In this document: piece by piece, positions 1 to 8,241 of the stretch
Layout: each line of letters begins with the position of its first letter
How positions within the stretch are numbered: the stretch's first letter is position 1
Assembly (NCBI GenBank): GCA_964342875.1
Contig: CAYFHI010000001.1
Span: 5,384 to 69,383, forward strand
Origin: an uncultured Dehalococcoidaceae bacterium
GTDB taxonomy: Bacteria > Chloroflexota > Dehalococcoidia > Dehalococcoidales > RBG-16-60-22
Direction of reading: 5' to 3'
DNA length: 64,000 bases
Program-made: the position numbers and the translations under genes
The notes under the pieces: model-generated
What the model was told of the DNA's origin: nothing
The model's input: the letters and a program-made list of their open reading frames with translations, nothing else
The model's database searches: none

Positions 1-15
1 CCTGATAGAAATGGT

Positions 16-624
16 CTAAAATTCCCGTCTGCCTTCGATGGCGCGGGTGAGAGTTACATCATCGGCATATTCCAGTTCGGTGCCGAATGGTAGCCCCCGC
101 GCTAAGCAGGTAACTTTAATGCCCAGCGGCGTAATCAGCTGGCTTAGATACATCGCCGTCTGCTCCCCTTCAAGATTGGTGTTGGTTGCTAGGATGACTT
201 CTTCTATCGGGTTGTTCTGGAGTCGGTTCATCAGTTCATGGATTCTTATATTATCGGCACCGATTCCTTCGGTTGGAGATATCGCGCCGTGAAGTACGTG
301 ATACAGTCCTTTGTAGATTCCGGTGTGTTCCAGAGCTAGGATATCCTGTGGTTGTTCCACGATGCAGATGCTGGTGGGTTCGCGCTCGCTGCCGCGACAT
401 ATGGGGCAGGGGTTGGACTCGGTAACATTAAAGCAGGTAGAGCACAGGCTGACTTTCTGCTTCAGAGACAGGATGGCTTCGGTAAGGAGTTTCGCCTGTT
501 CATCCGAATTGCGCAGTAGGTGATAGGTGATTCGCTGGGCACTTTTGGGACCAATGCCTGGTAGCTTACTGAACTCTTGGATGAGCATATTAATGGCATC
601 GACAGATGGGGTGAGACCGTTCAA
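16..624 (-). CDS. recR: Recombination protein RecR
   Basis: 202 aa. HhH motif [13 protein letters not shown]4 zinc finger [16 protein letters not shown] and a Toprim-like C-terminus. Conserved dnaX-ybaB-recR order. Confidence 0.95.
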   Translation of the reverse strand: MNGLTPSVDAINMLIQEFSKLPGIGPKSAQRITYHLLRNSDEQAKLLTEAILSLKQKVSLCSTCFNVTESNPCPICRGSEREPTSICIVEQPQDILALEHTGIYKGLYHVLHGAISPTEGIGADNIRIHELMNRLQNNPIEEVILATNTNLEGEQTAMYLSQLITPLGIKVTCLARGLPFGTELEYADDVTLTRAIEGRREF

Positions 625-646
625 TATCGATTATCCTCGGCTTTCA

Positions 647-952
647 TTAGGTTAATCCCGGGATTTTAAGACCTCCGGTTAATCCGTCGAATTGTTCGGC
701 GGCAGCCTGCTGTGATTTGGTAATGGCTTCACTGACGGCAGTTAAGACTAAGTCTTCAAGAAGTTCTACATCCTCAGGGTTAACCACCTCCGGTGATATC
801 TTGACCGACTGGATTTTCTGCTGTCCGTTTACAGTAACTTTGATGGCGCCACCTCCGGAACTGGCTTTAACGGTCAGTTTCTCCAGCTCTTCCTGGGTCT
901 TCGTCAGCTTTTCCTGGAGTTTTTGCGTCTGTTGCATCAAAAATTTATTCAT
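647..952 (-). CDS. ybaB: YbaB/EbfC family nucleoid-associated protein
   Basis: 101 aa of typical length with a coiled N-terminal half. Lies between dnaX and recR; its start overlaps the dnaX stop. Confidence 0.88.
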   Translation of the reverse strand: MNKFLMQQTQKLQEKLTKTQEELEKLTVKASSGGGAIKVTVNGQQKIQSVKISPEVVNPEDVELLEDLVLTAVSEAITKSQQAAAEQFDGLTGGLKIPGLT

Positions 953-2493
953 TATTCCTCCGCATCGATAATCTGAGCGCCGATTTTCTGGGCAGCTCTC
1001 ACCAGATGGTTGTCTTCCTCCTCATAAATACAGCGTAGCTGACAGGAACGCTCCAGAAAACTGCTGATAATTTTTTCGGCTATCTTAAGGTTTTCTATCT
1101 TTTCCATTTTCTCTATGTGAAACTTATACCTGAAAGATAATACCACTGTGTCATCCTCAATGGCTTTGGCGCTGGCGGTCCTGAGCAGGGCAGCCGCTGG
1201 GGTACGTCCGTAATTATTAGGGGCTTCTTGGATAAGCTGTTTCCATTTCTGTCTCATCCGTTCGATTTCACTATCCAGTTCTGAAGGTAAAGCAGGCTTT
1301 TCTTCGACTTTAGCTGGCGAAGGCACCGGAGTTGGTTTGATAACTGGTTTAGTCTGATCTGTGGGTTCTGGTTTAAAACAGCTAACTAACTCCTTCTTTT
1401 CTTCGCTTTTTTCGGCTGGAGCTAGTGTACTCTCGACCATCGCCAGTTCCAGTGGTAAGGTGGAATAATTATCGAAGCCAATCTCAAGCTGTCCGAAGAG
1501 CTTTATCGCCTTTAACAATTGCGGCAGTGAAACCATTCCCGCAAGCTCTTTGAATTCCTTTTTATCTTCAGCGGTGAGGTCGGCATTTTCACCGGAGCCG
1601 GTTTTGATTAAAAGTAACGACCGAAGATTTTCCACTAGTTCTCGGTTGAACTGGCGTAAATCAAGCCCATCGTTGTTGGCTCTGTTTATAGTGGCTACCC
1701 CGGCGGAAACATCGTTATTTACAATATGACCGATAACCTCTTTGGCTTGCGAGTCGCCGCTGATTCCTAGGATAGACTGGACCTGTTGGAGCTCGATTGC
1801 GGAACCGTAATAGGTAGTTAGTTGCTGTAGGAGGTTTTCGGCGTCGCGGAGACTGCCTGTGGTAGCCTTAGCGATAAGTCTTAATGCTTCTGGCTCTATT
1901 TGGATATTTTCCGTCTCGCAAATATGCGTCAGCTTTGATACCACGTCTACCTGAGAAATGCGGCGAAAGTCGAAACGCTGACAGCGTGACAGGATAGTGG
2001 GTAACAACTTATGGGTTTCAGTCGTTGCCAGGATGAAAATAATATGCAGCGGCGGCTCTTCCAGCGTCTTGAGAAGTGCGTTAGAAGCTTCCTTGGTAAG
2101 CATGTGGACTTCATCGATGATATAGACCTTGTAACGAGCTTGGTTTGGGGAATAACTGGTTTTTTCGCGGAGGTTTCGGATTTCGTCAATGCCGCGGTTA
2201 CTGGCGGCATCAATCTCAATAACATCTAGCGCTTGGCCTCCGGTTATTTCTTGGCATATCGAGCAGGTGTTACATGGTTCTTCCTTACCTTCAGTGGTAA
2301 GGCAATTCACCGCCTTGGCTAAAATACGCCCGCTGCTAGTTTTGCCGGTGCCTCGAGGTCCGCAGAAAAGATAGGCATGAGAAATACGTCCGGTGGCCAA
2401 AGCGCTAAGTAGCGTCCGGGTTACCTGCTCTTGGCCGACTACCTCGGCTAAGAGTTGAGGGCGCCACTTACGATAAAAGACTTCGGAGGCCAT
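952..2493 (-). CDS. dnaX: DNA polymerase III subunit gamma/tau
   Basis: 513 aa. Walker A GPRGTGKTS, Zn module CNTCSIC, DEVHML box and SRC motif SRCQRF. Confidence 0.93.
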   Translation of the reverse strand: MASEVFYRKWRPQLLAEVVGQEQVTRTLLSALATGRISHAYLFCGPRGTGKTSSGRILAKAVNCLTTEGKEEPCNTCSICQEITGGQALDVIEIDAASNRGIDEIRNLREKTSYSPNQARYKVYIIDEVHMLTKEASNALLKTLEEPPLHIIFILATTETHKLLPTILSRCQRFDFRRISQVDVVSKLTHICETENIQIEPEALRLIAKATTGSLRDAENLLQQLTTYYGSAIELQQVQSILGISGDSQAKEVIGHIVNNDVSAGVATINRANNDGLDLRQFNRELVENLRSLLLIKTGSGENADLTAEDKKEFKELAGMVSLPQLLKAIKLFGQLEIGFDNYSTLPLELAMVESTLAPAEKSEEKKELVSCFKPEPTDQTKPVIKPTPVPSPAKVEEKPALPSELDSEIERMRQKWKQLIQEAPNNYGRTPAAALLRTASAKAIEDDTVVLSFRYKFHIEKMEKIENLKIAEKIISSFLERSCQLRCIYEEEDNHLVRAAQKIGAQIIDAEE

Positions 2494-2725
2494 TTTTCTT
2501 TATTCCTACTATAAACATTATACCCTGTAATGACGCGCTTGCCAAAGAGAATAGTGTGCGAAGGCTTCGGATATTACTGTGATTATTGATGTCAATCGGA
2601 AGTTAGCTGCACCCAAAGCGCAACAACATTTATTATACAAAAAGTATACGGTCAGATACCTTCCAACTACGGTTAATAATTTACTTTATTGTAGCGAGAC
2701 CGTTGAATCAGTTTAGATCAGCAAA

Positions 2726-3901
2726 TCACAGTAAAGATGGAATGTCTTTGGAGGTATCTTCCATTGCTTTTAGTCTGACTTCGGTGGCTTCCTGCCTCTT
2801 TTTGGTTTCGGGAATAAGGTCAGTCGATTTGGTATAATAGCCCCTGATTTTTTCCACATCACTGAGCTCGGAAAGAATCACGGTAACGTCTAGCTGCCCT
2901 TTGTCCCTGGGATAGTCACCATTTCTGATAAGAGCTTCCGGTGCCATGTCCCTCATGTAGTCACCCAGTTCCTTAATCATATCCATATTCATCTCTTTAG
3001 CAGGTCCGGAAACAAGATACATGGCTCTCCTCGAATCTACCGGATTGCATTTGAGGGATAATTCGCTGATAGCCTCGTCCATTGCCTGGATGCCCTTTTG
3101 AATCTCAGCGCCCTTCTTTCTGAAGTCATTCCCCCAATCTTGGGGGAATCGGAGTAATGGAACGTCTGCCTTGCCAAAACCGATTACCGTCCAGCCTACC
3201 AGCGTCTGGATGATGTCACCCGCGTCAAGGAGCTTCGACCCGATGTATTTGGGTCTTTTTTCTTCACCGGCGCAGAGCAGGTTGTAAAACGGTTCTGCTA
3301 TCAAAGAATTGATTTTAGAGAGGTTATGTTTGATTGATGAATCCTTTCTGACATATCTTTGATTATCAATAACAAATATGGCATCAGCTACCGAGTAACA
3401 GGATTTAAGGCAGGTAGCCACGTTATAGGCGGTTCTTTCCTCGGTGGTTACCTCATGCTCAAAAGGAAGGACGATAACGTTATAAACTGGTTTATCTAGA
3501 TATCGTTCTTTTATCTGCTGTGTAATAACGGGTATTGAGCCGGAGCCGGTACCACCGGCTGAACCGGCAATGAGAAGGAAGGCATCCGTTTCATAAAAGT
3601 TCTTGGTGGTTCTGATAGCATCAATGACTTTATCGGCATCTTCTTTGGCTACCTCAGCGCCAAGTTCATTTATTTTCCCCACGCCGTGGCCACCGGTTTT
3701 TCTACCACCAATGAGAATTCGGTGCTGGTATCCCTTCGGGATGCCGGTGAGACCGCTCAAATCAGCCGCATCCGTATTTATTGCAAAAGTACCGGTGACT
3801 ATCTGAATTCCGCGTCGGCTTTTCGCCCTTCTATTTAGCTGGGAAAATTCATCGGCAATCTTACCACCACATTGCCCTAACCCTATAACCACTATTTTCA
3901 T
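2726..3901 (-). CDS. Tubulin/FtsZ-superfamily GTPase, CetZ/tubulin-like, paralog 1
   Basis: 391 aa. T1 loop GLGQCGGK, T4 signature GSAGGTGSGS, T7-like LLDAGD, and GGHGVGKINELGAE, VIDNQRY and NGDYPRD motifs. C-terminal tail KDIPSLL. The layout matches my recollection of archaeal CetZ better than FtsZ. Confidence 0.8.
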   Translation of the reverse strand: MKIVVIGLGQCGGKIADEFSQLNRRAKSRRGIQIVTGTFAINTDAADLSGLTGIPKGYQHRILIGGRKTGGHGVGKINELGAEVAKEDADKVIDAIRTTKNFYETDAFLLIAGSAGGTGSGSIPVITQQIKERYLDKPVYNVIVLPFEHEVTTEERTAYNVATCLKSCYSVADAIFVIDNQRYVRKDSSIKHNLSKINSLIAEPFYNLLCAGEEKRPKYIGSKLLDAGDIIQTLVGWTVIGFGKADVPLLRFPQDWGNDFRKKGAEIQKGIQAMDEAISELSLKCNPVDSRRAMYLVSGPAKEMNMDMIKELGDYMRDMAPEALIRNGDYPRDKGQLDVTVILSELSDVEKIRGYYTKSTDLIPETKKRQEATEVRLKAMEDTSKDIPSLL

Positions 3902-3932
3902 AACTCACCTCAACATTAATCGAGTTTTGTTA

Positions 3933-3961
3933 TTTTATACATACCATTGTGAAAATGTCAA
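3933..3961 (-). promoter_or_regulatory. Predicted sigma70-type promoter of tubulin-like paralog 1
   Basis: On the minus strand: TTGACA, 17 nt, TATAAA, about 30 nt upstream of the ATG. AGGTGAG RBS before the start. Confidence 0.45.
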
Positions 3962-4030
3962 TTCCTTTTGGTAAAAAAAGAAATAAAATACTACTATACA
4001 TATTTTTTCAGACAAGTTTATTAATAAATG

Positions 4031-4059
4031 TTGAAAAACTGAACAGTCTATACTAGAAT
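4031..4059 (+). promoter_or_regulatory. Predicted sigma70-type promoter of the 650-aa repeat protein gene (divergent from paralog 1)
   Basis: TTGAAA, 17 nt, TAGAAT, inside an AT-rich 196-bp divergent intergenic region. Confidence 0.45.
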
Positions 4060-4097
4060 GATATGATAGATAAGGATATTAGGGGAAGGGTGATGGT

Positions 4098-6050
4098 ATG
4101 GTACCTAAAGTATTAGAGGATATCAACATAGGTATTGGGTCGGTTGAGAAAGCTGTAGCTAAGGCCGAGCAGCTGAGTAGGGAGGCGAAAGAGGCGGTAG
4201 AGGCTTCTACGAAGGTTTCTCAGCAGGCGGTAAGTCGGGCGGAGCAGATAAGTACAGAGGCGGGAGTGTCGGCGGCAGAATCGGCAAAAGCCGCTCGAGA
4301 AGCGGTAAAGCGTGCTGAGAAACTGAGAAAAGATGCAAAAGAAGCTGTTGAAGCGTCAATAAAAATCTTTGAAGATGCCATACGCCGGGCAGAAGAAGCC
4401 GCCAGAGCGCCGAGAGATTCAGCTGAGGCGACTAAGAAAATCTTTGAGGAAGCGATTAGCCGGGCGGAGAAAATCAGCAAGGAAGCGATGGGAACGGCTG
4501 AGGCGACATTAGTATTGTCTCAGGAAGTATTAACCAGAGTTGATGAAGTAAGTCGGGGAGCCAAAGAAAAATCAGAATACGCCAGAAAAGTAGCTCAGGA
4601 AGCGGTTGATCAGGTTAATGAAGTAAGTCGGATAGCCCGGGAAGCTGCTGAAGTATCGATTAAATCTTCCAGAGAAGTAGCGAGTAAGGCTGAAAAATTA
4701 ACCAAGTTTGCCAGGGAAGACTCTGAAGCGGCTACCAGAGTGGCTAAAGATGCAGCAAATCGGGTGGAAAAGGCGAGTAAAATCACCAAGGATGATGCGG
4801 AAGCATCAGCCAGGGCAGCTGAAGAAGCGACGATACGGGCTGAAGTAACGAGTAAAGTTTCCAAGGAAATTGCTGAAGCAGCGCAGAGAAAATCTGAGGA
4901 GGCGATGAGCCAGACTGAGGAGATAAGTAGGAGAGCCGAAGAGGCGTCAGAGTCATCACAGAAGATGTCACGGGAAGCGCTCAGCAGGATAGAGGAGATA
5001 AGTCGTGAGTCAAGGGAATCAGCTGAAGAATCACAGAAAATATCGCGCGAGGCAATAGAAAGAGCGGATCGGATTAACAGGGAGACGGTAGAAGCAGCAG
5101 AACAGTCTGCAGAACTCTTCCGTGAGGCGATTGATCGGACCGAACAAGTAAGTATTGAAGCAAAGCAAGCGGCGGTAGAATCGGTAGAGGTCTCTCAGGA
5201 AACCATAAGGCGGGCGGAAGAAATAAACAGGGAGGCTAAAGTAACCACCGAAGCGTCAGCAAAAGCGGCTCGTGATGCCGCTGAGACTTCCGTAAAGGCA
5301 TCCCAGGAAGCGATAAGCCGTGCCGAAGAATTAAGTCGGGAGACAAAGGAAAACGCGGAAGTATTCGCAAAAGCAGTAGAAGAAGCGACGGAGACATCAG
5401 CTCGGGCTGCCCGGGAAGCGGCGGAAACATCAAAGAAAGGCTTTGAGGAAGCTATAAGGCGGGCGGAAGAAGTAAACAAAGAAGCTAAAGAAATGGCGAA
5501 AGCAGCAGAAAAAGCGGCTGAAAAAGTATCTGCAGGTTTGATGACAGCTGCGAAAGAATCGGCGAAGGTTACAGTGAAAACCGCCAGAGAAGCTGTCGAA
5601 ACGTCCACAAGGATTGCCAGGGAAGCGGCAGCGCTATCAATACACGCTGTTGAAGAATTAATTAGCCGTGCTGAGACATCCGGTAAAAATGCCAAAGAAA
5701 CGGTAGAAGCGTCCTTAAAAGCCTTTGAAAAAGCGATTATTGAGAATGAGGCGGAGGGTAGAAAATCGGTTGTCACTGATGGTGTCGGTGAGGAATCAGA
5801 AGAAGCTATTGAAAAAGCAATGCCGGGTGATGAAGAAAAAGATGGCGAGGTTGACGCTGATGAGGCTGCGTTAAGGGTATTAGAAGACGCAATAAAACGG
5901 GCTGAAGATACCAAGTCTAAGAAGAAAAAAGGAACCAGAGGAAAGATTGAGACACGACTGGAATCGTTAGCCAAAATGTATGAATCTCAGAAGGGTAAAG
6001 ATGCTAAAGGAAAGTCAGGTGCGGAAGATAATTTGGGGATTGACGCGTAG
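4098..6050 (+). CDS. 650-aa Ala/Glu/Lys/Ser-rich coiled-coil repeat protein, function unknown
   Basis: Long ORF with a GGGGAAGGGTG RBS region. No TM segment or signal peptide seen. Recurring A[VI]xRAE anchor; Lys-rich, charged C-terminus. The antisense ORFs within it are low-complexity mirror artefacts. Confidence 0.85.
   Translation: MVPKVLEDINIGIGSVEKAVAKAEQLSREAKEAVEASTKVSQQAVSRAEQISTEAGVSAAESAKAAREAVKRAEKLRKDAKEAVEASIKIFEDAIRRAEEAARAPRDSAEATKKIFEEAISRAEKISKEAMGTAEATLVLSQEVLTRVDEVSRGAKEKSEYARKVAQEAVDQVNEVSRIAREAAEVSIKSSREVASKAEKLTKFAREDSEAATRVAKDAANRVEKASKITKDDAEASARAAEEATIRAEVTSKVSKEIAEAAQRKSEEAMSQTEEISRRAEEASESSQKMSREALSRIEEISRESRESAEESQKISREAIERADRINRETVEAAEQSAELFREAIDRTEQVSIEAKQAAVESVEVSQETIRRAEEINREAKVTTEASAKAARDAAETSVKASQEAISRAEELSRETKENAEVFAKAVEEATETSARAAREAAETSKKGFEEAIRRAEEVNKEAKEMAKAAEKAAEKVSAGLMTAAKESAKVTVKTAREAVETSTRIAREAAALSIHAVEELISRAETSGKNAKETVEASLKAFEKAIIENEAEGRKSVVTDGVGEESEEAIEKAMPGDEEKDGEVDADEAALRVLEDAIKRAEDTKSKKKKGTRGKIETRLESLAKMYESQKGKDAKGKSGAEDNLGIDA
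4152..5810 (+). repeat. Coding periodic repeat with a 25-residue (75-nt) unit and later 11-residue insertions
   Basis: Anchor hexapeptides start at residues 19, 44, 69, 94, 119, 144, 169, 194, 219, 244, 269, 294, 319, 344 and 369 (15 units at exactly 25 aa). Later anchors are at 405 (+36), 452 (+47), 521 (+69) and 546 (+25). Confidence 0.85.
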
Positions 6051-6328
6051 GATTTTACCGGTAGGATTATTCATATGTTCTATATATGTTACGATAACAA
6101 AAACCCTAATAGAGGAGTTGTTTGGGTAATCGTAATATGTATGGGAAAAGTTATTTGACTTTTCCGGGTAATTAATATAAACTATGCTTCTAAGTAGCTC
6201 TTCATTTTGGGTAGGATATTAGGGTTAATAGGTACGTGTTTCTGTATGCGTATGACGAAAGTACTGGTGCTGGGTATGTAAAAAAGGTGGATAGAACTGA
6301 CAATATGATGGTATAAAGGAGGTACTTT

Positions 6329-6910
6329 GTGGCTAATTCAAAGCGGAAGTTCAAAAAAGTCTCTGATAAAGCGGAAGAGCAGGTAGCTCCATCACTCGAA
6401 GTTCAGGAAGAAGTTCAGGAAGAAGTTCAGGAAGAAGCTCAAGGATATGGTTTAGAAGGTATCTCAGAACGGGTTGAGGAGACTGTTGTGGAAGAATCGG
6501 AAAAAGTAGGTAACCCGCTTGATGAAATGATGGGTCATGCCGAAAGGGCATACGCGGCATATATGGAGGCGGAACGGCAGGTAGCTAGGGCTTACAGGGA
6601 GAATGAGTTGCAGGTAGCCAAGTCTCATAAGAGAGCTAACAATCAAATTCAGAAAGAATATGATGAGACGACCACACAGGCCTTGAAGACGCGCGAAGAA
6701 GCTTTAACTCGGGCAACGGACGCTCGTGAAAAAGCCTGGCAGGAGGCGGAAGCGATTTTTAGCCAGGCTAAAGAGCAGGCTGATAATGAACTTGGGGCGG
6801 TAATGGCAGAAGCGGTAAGGGTAAAGCAGGAGAACTTGGAGAAAGCTTGGAAAGTACGTGACGATACTATTGACCAGGCTTGGCATATTTATTCAAAAAT
6901 GACAAAATAA
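6329..6910 (+). CDS. 193-aa acidic coiled-coil protein, function unknown
   Basis: GTG start 7 nt after AAGGAGG. N-terminal (EEVQ)3 acidic repeat. The C-terminal two thirds is predicted helical with repeated KAW/QAW motifs. Confidence 0.7.
   Translation: MANSKRKFKKVSDKAEEQVAPSLEVQEEVQEEVQEEAQGYGLEGISERVEETVVEESEKVGNPLDEMMGHAERAYAAYMEAERQVARAYRENELQVAKSHKRANNQIQKEYDETTTQALKTREEALTRATDAREKAWQEAEAIFSQAKEQADNELGAVMAEAVRVKQENLEKAWKVRDDTIDQAWHIYSKMTK
6398..6443 (+). repeat. 12-bp tandem repeat (gttcaggaagaa x3 plus a degenerate fourth copy) encoding EEVQEEVQEEVQEEAQ
   Basis: Three perfect contiguous copies at 6401-6436, read directly from the sequence. Confidence 0.85.
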
Positions 6911-6912
6911 GT

Positions 6913-6946
6913 AAAGATGGTACTATGAGCTAGCGCCATCTTTTTC
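6913..6946 (+). terminator. Possible rho-independent terminator after the 193-aa gene
   Basis: Stem AAAGATGG / CCATCTTT with a 15-nt loop, running into TTTTT. The loop is long, so confidence is moderate. Confidence 0.45.
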
Positions 6947-7007
6947 TGTAATAATTGATAATCTGATAAATCCAGAAGTCCGGCTTTTGTCGAAGGTTAA
7001 AGTTCGG

Positions 7008-8183
7008 TTATAACAGAGAGGGGATATCCTTTATCGTGAGGTCAATCCCTCGTTGCTGGTCTACCAAACCATTCTGGCGTTTCTTAAGTGCAGATATTAA
7101 CGAGATTGCTTTAGTGAAGTATCCCCTGATTTTTTCGAGATCACTAAACTCGGATAATACCACGGTAACATCCAGCATACCCCTATCTCTGGGGTAATCA
7201 CCGCTCCTGATAATAGCCTCCGGAGCCATACCCTTTAAATAAGTTCCGAGCGCTTTTATCAGGTCCATACTAATTTCCCTGGCAGGTGCCGATACGAGAT
7301 ACATGGCTCTTTTGGCATCTATGGGGTTACACTTGACTGATAATCCGCTGATAGCTTCATCCATTGCTTGGGTTCCCTTCTGGGTTTCCGTAGCCTTATC
7401 CCTGAAGTCTCGCGCTCCATCGAAGAGCGATTTGAGGAGTGACGTATGAGACTTGCCATAACCTAAAGTTGTCCAGCCGGAGAGCGACTGTATTATATCG
7501 CCGGCATCCAGCATCTTCGCCCCAATGTATTTCGGTTTTTTCTCTTCTCCGGCACAGAGAAGGCTAAAAAACGGCTCCACTATCATCGCGTTGATCTTGG
7601 TCATATTGCTGCTGATCGATGCGTCTTTAGAGAGATATCTTTGGTTATCAACCAGAAATATCGCATCTGCTACTAGATAGCTGGATTTAAGGCATGTGGC
7701 TACGTTATATATGGTTCTATCTTCAGTGGATTCTTCGTGCTCAAATGGAAGGATGATAAGGTTATATACCGGTTTATCTACAAACCGTTCCTTAATTTGC
7801 TGCGTCATAATTGGGATAGAACCGGAGCCAGTACCGCCAGATGCGCCAGCAACGAGCAAGAAGGCATCCGCTTCAGAGAAACGTTTGGTAGTTCTTACCG
7901 TATCAATTATTTTATCGGCATCCTCCTTGGCTATTTCAGCACCCAGCTCATTTATTTTCCCCACGCCGTGGCCACCGGTCTTCCGTCCGCCAATGAGAAT
8001 ACGGTGCTGGTAATCAGACTTTATCGTCGACAGTCCGCTTAAATCAGCTACATCGGTATTAGCAGCATAAGCGCCAACGATGATATCCAGACCACGAGCG
8101 CCGCGTGCTTTCCGGTTCAGCCTTGCAAACTCATCCGTAACCCTACCGCCACATTGTCCAAAACCTAAAACTACTAATTTCAT
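7008..8183 (-). CDS. Tubulin/FtsZ-superfamily GTPase, CetZ/tubulin-like, paralog 2
   Basis: 391 aa, gap-free colinear with paralog 1 (71 of the first 100 residues identical by eye). GFGQCGGR, GASGGTGSGS, MLDAGD, LVDNQRY and SGDYPRD motifs. Identical tail KDIPSLL. Confidence 0.8.
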   Translation of the reverse strand: MKLVVLGFGQCGGRVTDEFARLNRKARGARGLDIIVGAYAANTDVADLSGLSTIKSDYQHRILIGGRKTGGHGVGKINELGAEIAKEDADKIIDTVRTTKRFSEADAFLLVAGASGGTGSGSIPIMTQQIKERFVDKPVYNLIILPFEHEESTEDRTIYNVATCLKSSYLVADAIFLVDNQRYLSKDASISSNMTKINAMIVEPFFSLLCAGEEKKPKYIGAKMLDAGDIIQSLSGWTTLGYGKSHTSLLKSLFDGARDFRDKATETQKGTQAMDEAISGLSVKCNPIDAKRAMYLVSAPAREISMDLIKALGTYLKGMAPEAIIRSGDYPRDRGMLDVTVVLSEFSDLEKIRGYFTKAISLISALKKRQNGLVDQQRGIDLTIKDIPSLL

Positions 8184-8211
8184 AAATAATTACCTAACGT
8201 GCGATTGAACT

Positions 8212-8241
8212 ATTGTAATCATCTTGACGTACAAAAGTCAA
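8212..8241 (-). promoter_or_regulatory. Predicted sigma70-type promoter of tubulin-like paralog 2
   Basis: On the minus strand: TTGACT, 18 nt, TACAAT, about 30 nt upstream of the ATG. Confidence 0.4.

Noticed and set aside
1330-1420. A programmed -1 frameshift site in dnaX (A-rich stretch GCCGAAAAAAGCG).
   Set aside because: In the dnaX reading frame the codons are GAA AAA AGC. This does not form the X XXY YYZ slippery heptamer (A AAA AAG) in the required phase, and I noted no downstream stimulatory hairpin.
2494-2725. An SRP (4.5S/scRNA) gene, which often precedes dnaX-ybaB-recR.
   Set aside because: I could not find the conserved domain IV text (GGAAGGAAGCAGC-like) on either strand of the 230-bp spacer.
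3359-3367. The DNQ motif in the tubulin-like proteins. I first read it as loss of the catalytic acidic T7 residue (DNE/DND).
   Set aside because: On re-alignment this motif corresponds to the tubulin DNEA / CetZ DNDA segment, not the T7 synergy loop. The T7-equivalent is xLDAGD (D226/D229 in paralog 1) and retains both acidic residues, so there is no evidence for a GTPase-dead polymer.
4220-5974. Antisense ORFs inside the 650-aa repeat gene (86, 84, 62, 65 and 259 aa; for example 5195-5974 minus).
   Set aside because: They are Ala/Ser-rich mirror frames of a low-complexity GC-skewed coding repeat. They have no RBS or independent motifs and are fully contained in a much longer, well-supported ORF.
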